From Arenicellales bacterium (GTDB lineage: Bacteria > Pseudomonadota > Gammaproteobacteria > Arenicellales > Poriferihabitantaceae), in assembly GCA_965116595.1 (NCBI GenBank), contig OZ220708.1, positions 1,590,875 to 1,654,874 on the forward strand: 64,000 bases of DNA, written 5' to 3'. Both the position numbers and the translations under genes were made by a program. Below the pieces are notes generated by a model that made no database searches, had not been told where the DNA came from, and was given only the letters and a program-made list of their open reading frames with translations. This document shows positions 57,881 through 64,000 of the stretch, one piece after another. Within the stretch, counting starts at the first letter, position 1. Each line of letters begins with the position of its first letter.

Positions 57881-59071
57881 TTAACTCTTACCTGCCTGGT
57901 TGTATTGATCAAGGTCCTTTTTTGAAAGTCCTGGCAGGCAAATATCAGCGTAAGACGTAAGATGATCGAAAAACTCATGGAAATCCATCGTCACGTTCGA
58001 TTCATTGCCTTCGGACAGGAAGCTGTCAGCCAGTCGTTGGCGTAACTTGTCGCTTATTCCGTCAAAACCGATCTCCCTTGGAACATGTAAATGAACATCT
58101 GCACAGTGCGAACGGAAATCCTTGCTGACGCATGAAAAGTCATCCAGATGGTCAATCCACTGGCAGATGACATTACGCCATTTGCTCAAGGGTTCACCAG
58201 GCAGAACCTGTACACCGGGGTGGGTGAATTTCGCCAGATTGTAATAAATCCAGTTCCCACCTTCAGAGGCAGATGCCAGCACCCGGGATAGTGCGCCGCC
58301 GTCGTCGTGAACCGCAAGGCGCATGAACGCATCTTGCGTAAACTTGGTGGTCACCTCCTGGCGGATACGGTTACGCAAGTCTACTTCACCGGTATTCGTA
58401 TACGAGGTCAGGCGCTGCCATGAATGTTCGGTATTGGTTACAAAAAACCCGCCGTTGAATGGATTTGCATCGTCAGACAAGCCGTCGAGCTCGTCGAGGC
58501 TTTCGCGCAGAGTCGCCGGGACATCACCATCACCACTATGAGGCAACTGTCCGACACCGATGATCGTACCGTTGCCGTCAAGCTTGTCGTTTGCCAGGTG
58601 GGATGCAAGATCCACAGCCATGCCACTCCCGGTTCCACCCGCCAGATTGAAGCAAACCATAATCCTGGATGACAGTTCCGTTTGACCGATATGCCCGGCG
58701 AAATCTGTCAGGGCAGCGTTCAAAGCGCCTGCGTCATCATTGTAGTCGTCGTTGTAGATTTTCCTGGCTGCAGCACGGGAAAGATGCGACCCGGCTTCGG
58801 CTCCATCAAGCGAGACCGACTGGAAATGAAAATTCTCAGGTGGAATATCCAGTTCTTCGAGTCGTGTCTTCATGGCATCTGCATAGCCTATTGCACGATC
58901 CAGATCCGCGTCCCCCACATCCACCACAAGAGCGGCAACCCGTGCCCCTGGGTTCATTAGAATATCTTCGACTTCCCCGGTACGCAAAAGCCCGTCTACG
59001 TAACCGGCGCCGGAACGTCCAATACCCACAACATGCAGGCAATAAGGTGATTCATTAGCATTCGACATCAT
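57881..59071 (-). CDS. Tubulin/FtsZ-like GTPase-domain protein
   Basis: N-terminal VVGIGRSG, ALVVDVG, signature NLAGGTGSG; GGAGG RBS. Confidence 0.78.
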   Translation of the reverse strand: MMSNANESPYCLHVVGIGRSGAGYVDGLLRTGEVEDILMNPGARVAALVVDVGDADLDRAIGYADAMKTRLEELDIPPENFHFQSVSLDGAEAGSHLSRAAARKIYNDDYNDDAGALNAALTDFAGHIGQTELSSRIMVCFNLAGGTGSGMAVDLASHLANDKLDGNGTIIGVGQLPHSGDGDVPATLRESLDELDGLSDDANPFNGGFFVTNTEHSWQRLTSYTNTGEVDLRNRIRQEVTTKFTQDAFMRLAVHDDGGALSRVLASASEGGNWIYYNLAKFTHPGVQVLPGEPLSKWRNVICQWIDHLDDFSCVSKDFRSHCADVHLHVPREIGFDGISDKLRQRLADSFLSEGNESNVTMDFHEFFDHLTSYADICLPGLSKKDLDQYNQAGKS

Positions 59072-59352
59072 CTATCCTCCGATAGTCCAGATTGATACAA
59101 GTCAATAGTGTAGGGTGCTACTTTTGAGCATCCTCTTGAAACACACCACCAATAACCGCTATGGGCACTCTAATTCAATAGGGAATACTACCTATTTTAC
59201 CGATAATTCGTGCAGAATTTATACGCATCAATACTAGACAAGTAAATTAATGTGTGTTAATAAAAGATTGATGTAGGTGGTAGATAATTAGACAAAACGA
59301 ATAATTAAGAAGTCTAAGAGCGAAATACCCCAATTGGAACGTTTGTTCCTGT

Positions 59353-60522
59353 ATGCTTTTTGACAAGAAGGAAATAATTATGGGGTTAGTGAAAACCAGG
59401 ACATCCGCCCCTTGGCGGGTTGGTGTACTATTCTCTATAACGGGGAATACTGCGGTAATTGAGAAAACTCAATTAGCCGGGACTATGCTCGCTATTGAGG
59501 AAATCAATAACGCTGGGGGAATTCGTGGTCGTCCGCTTGAGCCGGTAGTCTACAATCCCATGTCGGATACGTCTGCTTTTGGTCGTTACGCCAAACAGTT
59601 GATGATCAAGGACGGCGTCAACACCATTTTCGGGTGTTATACCTCCAGTAGCCGGAAGTCTGTTTTACCGGTCGTAGAGCGACTCAATGGATTGTTGTGG
59701 TACCCTACGCTGTATGAAGGATTCGAGTTTTCCCCGAACATTGTTTACACCGGAGCGGCACCCAACCAGAACGTGACCGTGTTGTGCCACTATTTGATGA
59801 GGCGCTATGGAAGCCGTTTCTATTTTATCGGTTCTGACTACATATATCCCCGTGAGTTGAATCGCCTGATGAAGGAATTTCTTGGCCACAATGGTGGCTC
59901 GGTGGAGGGGGAGTCGTACTTGAGTCTCCGCGCCAGTCGGGGTGATTTCAATCCGATCATCAGTGAGATAAAAAAATGTCGACCCGACATAATTTTCTCA
60001 ACGGTGGTTGGAGAGACAACATCTTATCTGTATCAGGCCTATGCTGATTCCGGTCTCGACCCCAAGACCATGCCGATTGCAAGTCTGACCACGACAGAAA
60101 CAGAAATCCGGGATATGGGTTATGATGTCGGCGAGCATCATCTTACTGCTGCGAGTTATTTTCAAGGGATAAAGAGCGATACGAATTCTCAATTTATAAG
60201 AAAATACAAAGAACATTACGGCGAAGACGAGCCGACCAATGTTTGTGCGGAAGCCTCCTATTTTCAGGTGCATCTTTTTGCCAGGGCGCTGCATGAAGCT
60301 GGAACAATGGACACCGATGTCTTGAGAAAAATGGTTATGGAAACCGAATACACCGCACCCCAGGGAAAAGTCTCACTGGATTCGAGAAATGGTCACACAG
60401 CCCTGTGGTCAAGGATAGGACGCGCAAATCGTGAAGGTCAGTTTGATATTGTTTATGAATCATCAAAACAGGTTGCAGCAGATCCGTATCTGATTGGTTA
60501 TGGAAGGGTCGCTTCCGATTGA
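59353..60522 (+). CDS. AmiC-like cytoplasmic amide sensor (periplasmic-binding fold)
   Basis: FGCYTSSSRK, YPTLYEGFE, GSDYIYPRE; no signal peptide; start may be 59380. Confidence 0.85.
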   Translation: MLFDKKEIIMGLVKTRTSAPWRVGVLFSITGNTAVIEKTQLAGTMLAIEEINNAGGIRGRPLEPVVYNPMSDTSAFGRYAKQLMIKDGVNTIFGCYTSSSRKSVLPVVERLNGLLWYPTLYEGFEFSPNIVYTGAAPNQNVTVLCHYLMRRYGSRFYFIGSDYIYPRELNRLMKEFLGHNGGSVEGESYLSLRASRGDFNPIISEIKKCRPDIIFSTVVGETTSYLYQAYADSGLDPKTMPIASLTTTETEIRDMGYDVGEHHLTAASYFQGIKSDTNSQFIRKYKEHYGEDEPTNVCAEASYFQVHLFARALHEAGTMDTDVLRKMVMETEYTAPQGKVSLDSRNGHTALWSRIGRANREGQFDIVYESSKQVAADPYLIGYGRVASD

Positions 60523-60547
60523 TCATTAATCAAGGGATGCCAGCAGT

Positions 60548-61135
60548 TTGGGAACTGACAGAGAATATTTAAAGGAGTTCAGAAAACTGGAATTTCTGGT
60601 CGTAATTCCGTTTGATGAAGATGGTAACAATATTACGCGGGAACTGCGGCACCTCGGTGGTATCGTAAAGCAGCTATGGCCTGCCCCGGTGCCCTTGCCG
60701 ACGGAAGGTGGAATACTGATTTGCGAGCTTGTTCCTGATATTGCCGAGTGTACGTCCTGGCTGCCGGGAAATTCCCCGCTCCCATTCATATTGCATGTGC
60801 CCAGGAACCAGGAAGTCGATTTCAGGGAAATCCGCAATAGTGCACCCCATGGATTACTGTATTCCCCGGTAACTGAAACATCAATTGTTACAACAATTCT
60901 GCTTGCGCGGGACCAGTTCAACTATGAGCGGCGGTTGCGGTTTCGGATAAACAAGCTTGATGATAATCTAAGATCAATGCGTTCGGTGGAGAAAGCCAAG
61001 GCGATCCTGATGGAAGCCAGGAATATTGGTGAAAGTGAGGCATACCGGGTACTCAGACAAACTGCGATGGAACGCCGGATTACCCTGGGGACTATCGCAA
61101 AAGCAATTGTTGACTCTCACGAACTATTGAGGTGA
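60548..61135 (+). CDS. AmiR-like pseudo-receiver/ANTAR antiterminator
   Basis: C-terminal VEKAKAILM....E.EAY..LR..AM; follows the AmiC-like gene. Confidence 0.9.
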   Translation: MGTDREYLKEFRKLEFLVVIPFDEDGNNITRELRHLGGIVKQLWPAPVPLPTEGGILICELVPDIAECTSWLPGNSPLPFILHVPRNQEVDFREIRNSAPHGLLYSPVTETSIVTTILLARDQFNYERRLRFRINKLDDNLRSMRSVEKAKAILMEARNIGESEAYRVLRQTAMERRITLGTIAKAIVDSHELLR

Positions 61136-61158
61136 TAATACACAGGCTGCAGTCATAA

Positions 61159-61193
61159 CAACAATGACGTTGCAAAATGGCAACGGCGCCATT
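61159..61193 (+). promoter_or_regulatory. ANTAR-binding dual-hairpin RNA motif
   Basis: CAAC-AATGAC-GTTG and AATGGC-AACGGC-GCCATT: two stems with hexaloops carrying A1/G4. Confidence 0.85.
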
Positions 61194-61206
61194 ATAAAAT
61201 TGAGCG

Positions 61207-61260
61207 AAAACGCCCCATGAAGATGTCCGGTAAACCGGGCCTTTGGTGTGGGCGTTTTTT
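61207..61260 (+). terminator. Intrinsic terminator in the transporter leader (attenuator)
   Basis: AAAACGCCC...GGGCGTTTT followed by a T-tract. Confidence 0.7.
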
Positions 61261-61341
61261 ATTGGCTGTTACAGTTCAATATATTATAGTGAAAATTATT
61301 TGAATTATGGGGTTTTAAATTACAATCCAGGAGAATAGATT

Positions 61342-62529
61342 ATGAGTACGATTAACAGACGCAAGTTCCTCAAGTCAAGTTCGGTGGTCGCCGCAGCTGG
61401 TGCATTGCCGATGCCTTTTATCTGGCCTAAAGGCGCCAGCGCCGATACCGTAAAGATGGGAATCCTGCATTCCCTTACCGGTACCATTGCAATCGCTGAA
61501 AAATCGGTTGTCGATGCCGAATTGCTTGCAGTAGAGGAAATCAACAATGCTGGCGGAGTCATGGGGCAGCAAATCGAGGCTATTGTCGAAGATGGTGCAA
61601 GCGACTGGCCTACCTTCGCTGAAAAAGCGCGCAAACTGATCGACAAAGACAATGTGGCGGCAGTAATGGGATGTTATACCTCGGCCTCGCGCAAGGCGGT
61701 ATTACCGGTTTTCGAAAAACTGAATGGCCTGCTTTATTACCCGACCTATTACGAAGGACTCGAGATCTCGCCCAACATAATGTATACCGCACAAGAGGCC
61801 ACTCAATCATCGATTGCGGCGACCGAATGGTTATATGAAAACCGCGGAAAGAGTTATTATCTGGTGGGTTCGGACTATATCTGGCCACGCACCACGATCA
61901 AACTGTGCAAGATCACCCTCGACCGTCTCGGTGGCACCGTAGCAGGTGAGGACTACTACCCTCTGGGGGATATCGAGTTCTCTTCAGCGATCAACAAGAT
62001 CAAGGCAGCCAAACCGGATGTCATCATCAATTGTGTGGTCGGCGGCAGTAATGTGGCATTTTTCAAGCAATTGAAAGCAGCCGGTGTAATTGATAGTGGC
62101 ACGACGGTATTATCGCTCGCGGTCTCCGAGGAAGAGGTATCCGGAATCGGTAGCGAAAATACTGCCGGCACCCTGACTTGTATGAGTTATTTCCAGAGTC
62201 TGCAAAATCCGGCCAACCAGAAGTTCGTCAGTGCGTTCAAAAACAAATATGGCGCTGACCGGGTGACCGGTGATACACTTGAATGTGCCTATATTTCGGT
62301 ATACCTGTGGGCGATGGCGGTTGAGAAAGCACAGAGCATTGAAGTAGAAAAGGTAGTAGCGGCATCGTCTGAACTTGCAATCGACGCACCGGAGGGCAAT
62401 GTGAAGTTCCATGTTGACAATCATCATCTCTGGAAACACGTCAGGGTCGGCGAGTTTCTGCCTGATGGACAAGTGAATATGCTTTATGAATCACCTCTTA
62501 TTGAGCCTGACCCGTTCCCGAAACTGTAA
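61342..62529 (+). CDS. UrtA/FmdD-like urea/short-chain amide ABC substrate-binding protein
   Basis: Tat NRRKFLK, GILHSLTGT, ASDWPTFAEKA, TSASRKAVLP. Confidence 0.9.
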   Translation: MSTINRRKFLKSSSVVAAAGALPMPFIWPKGASADTVKMGILHSLTGTIAIAEKSVVDAELLAVEEINNAGGVMGQQIEAIVEDGASDWPTFAEKARKLIDKDNVAAVMGCYTSASRKAVLPVFEKLNGLLYYPTYYEGLEISPNIMYTAQEATQSSIAATEWLYENRGKSYYLVGSDYIWPRTTIKLCKITLDRLGGTVAGEDYYPLGDIEFSSAINKIKAAKPDVIINCVVGGSNVAFFKQLKAAGVIDSGTTVLSLAVSEEEVSGIGSENTAGTLTCMSYFQSLQNPANQKFVSAFKNKYGADRVTGDTLECAYISVYLWAMAVEKAQSIEVEKVVAASSELAIDAPEGNVKFHVDNHHLWKHVRVGEFLPDGQVNMLYESPLIEPDPFPKL

Positions 62530-62553
62530 AATTACAGTATGAAAGCAGTGTAT

Positions 62554-62654
62554 TGAAGGGTTGCAACATGCAACCCTTCAGGTACGCTCCTGAAACGTAT
62601 CAGTATACATTTGCCGGAGGGCGGTATTGGTTGCAACATGCAACCCTTCAGGTA
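62554..62654. repeat. Palindromic element present in two copies
   Basis: TGAAGGGTTGCA-ACA-TGCAACCCTTCA (62554-62580); 26-bp GGTTGCAACATGCAACCCTTCAGGTA at 62559 and 62629. Confidence 0.88.
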
Positions 62655-62732
62655 TTATCTTGAAACAGTTGATTTCCTGCTTCACCATGAGAATCAGATA
62701 GTGAGAATCATTTTGTTAGAGTCAGATTAATT

Positions 62733-63635
62733 ATGAGCGGCGAGATGCTTGTGCTGCAGGCCTTTACCGGTCTTAGCATATTCACGGTGCTGATGTTGAT
62801 GGCCCTGGGGTTGGCCATTGTTTTTGGTTTGATGGGCGTGATCAACATGGCCCACGGCGAGTTGATGGCGATGGGCGCCTACACGACCTACGGTACATCG
62901 CTTCTGTTCCAGGCTTTCTTCCCCGACCTGATGGGCATTTATTTCCTGGTCGGTATCGTACTCGCGTTCTGTACTACATTCGTGTTCGGCTATTTGCTGG
63001 AGCGCAGCCTGATCCGTTTTCTGTATGAACGTCCGCTCGATACGATGCTTGCGACATGGGGGGTGGGGTTGTTGTTGCAACAACTCTATCGCCAGTTTAT
63101 CAATCCAAGGCCGGTCAGTGTTCCCACCGCCTCCTGGCTGCAGGGGGTCTGGCAGGTTACAGACAGCATCTCCTTTCCGATGAGCCGGATATTTATTATC
63201 GCACTGGCCTTCGTCACGGCAATACTGGTTTACCTGTTGCTTTACAAGACCCGCTGGGGACTTCTGATCCGGGCAGTGACCCAGAATCGCGGGATGAGCG
63301 GGGCGGTTGGAATAGATCAGAATCGGGTCGATTCCTACACCTTCGCGCTTGGCTGTGGTCTGGCCGGTATCGCTGGCAGTTCGTTTACCATGCTGGCATC
63401 AACGGCGCCGGACACCGGCCAGGCCTATATTGTCGACACTTTCATCGTAGTCGTATTTGGTGGGGTAGAGAGCATACTGGGGACAATACTGTCGGCATTT
63501 ATAATTGGTGAAATACAGGCCTGGTTAGGGTATTACCTGAGCGGATCGATGGCGCGTGCGGGTGTATTGCTACTGGTGATTGTAGTGTTGTATTTCAGAC
63601 CAAACGGTCTGTTCTCCACCCGGGTCAGGCGATGA
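62733..63635 (+). CDS. UrtB-like ABC permease (short form)
   Basis: ALGLAIVFGLMGVINMAHGE, RPLDTMLATWG. Confidence 0.92.
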   Translation: MSGEMLVLQAFTGLSIFTVLMLMALGLAIVFGLMGVINMAHGELMAMGAYTTYGTSLLFQAFFPDLMGIYFLVGIVLAFCTTFVFGYLLERSLIRFLYERPLDTMLATWGVGLLLQQLYRQFINPRPVSVPTASWLQGVWQVTDSISFPMSRIFIIALAFVTAILVYLLLYKTRWGLLIRAVTQNRGMSGAVGIDQNRVDSYTFALGCGLAGIAGSSFTMLASTAPDTGQAYIVDTFIVVVFGGVESILGTILSAFIIGEIQAWLGYYLSGSMARAGVLLLVIVVLYFRPNGLFSTRVRR

Positions 63636-64000
63636 CGGCTGCCAGGCAGGCCAGGGTTGGAGCGTCCTTGCGTCACACGCTGGTGGATATTCTTGAACGA
63701 TTCGGTGTGCTGATTCTGGCCGTGTTGTTATTGCTTGTTATCCCGTTTACCTTTGATATGTTCAGGCTGGGGTTAGCCGCAAAGTACCTTTGCTTCGCAT
63801 TTCCGGCGGTCGGAATCGTTCTTATCTGGGGTTATGCCGGCATCCTGAGTCTGGGTCAGGGCATGTTCTTCGGCTTGGGCAGTTACATGATGGCGATGTT
63901 TCTGAAGCTCGAAGCCGCAGCCAATCCGGATTCATCTTCGGGCACCGCACTGGCGGCCTTTTTTGGGGCTGCTGGCTTGCCCGACTTCATGGTCTGGAAC
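63632..64000 (+). CDS. UrtC-like ABC permease (5' part, truncated by window edge)
   Basis: Hand-translated KYLCFAF...WGYAGILSLGQG.FFGLGSYMMAMFLKLE..LPDFMVWN. Confidence 0.9.
   Translation, partial: MTAARQARVGASLRHTLVDILERFGVLILAVLLLLVIPFTFDMFRLGLAAKYLCFAFPAVGIVLIWGYAGILSLGQGMFFGLGSYMMAMFLKLEAAANPDSSSGTALAAFFGAAGLPDFMVWN

Noticed and set aside
57881-59071. Cell-division FtsZ
   Set aside because: No dcw context, divergent sequence and no conserved FtsZ C-terminal peptide
62554-62654. CRISPR array
   Set aside because: Only two copies, no regular spacing series and no cas genes
1-64000. tRNA/rRNA genes, IS elements, prophage
   Set aside because: No cloverleaf or rRNA signatures, transposase, integrase or phage structural genes recognised by eye

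Overview
Chromosomal window from a sulfur-oxidising gammaproteobacterium (lineage inferred from the gene complement). It opens with the tail of a reverse-Dsr operon (dsrK'-L-J-O-P-N) followed by a sensor-less NarX/NarL-like pair. Next come housekeeping genes (thiN-like, aroE, 5'-nucleotidase, lysA, argH) and an aa3/A1-type cytochrome c oxidase cluster. The central accessory region (about 19-45 kb) holds TA modules embedded in direct repeats and REPs, a TctABC/Crp/DUF3604 cluster, and several methyltransferases and hydrolases. Then follows an apparent cobalt-type thiocyanate hydrolase operon: LysR, scnBAC, activator, NitT/TauT ABC, CbtBA, DsrE-like, TusA, SQR-like, DUF1641. The window ends with a tubulin/FtsZ-like gene divergent from an AmiC/AmiR(ANTAR)-controlled amide/urea ABC transporter. 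Top leads: (1) the thiocyanate-to-sulfane-sulfur operon, which has no COS hydrolase or cyanase in the window; (2) the tubulin-like protein in an amide regulon; (3) an in-frame Phd/StbD antitoxin-Rieske oxygenase fusion with the toxin deleted but the putative operator kept. No rRNA, tRNA, CRISPR array, transposase or integrase was recognised. All family assignments come from motif recognition, not database searches.
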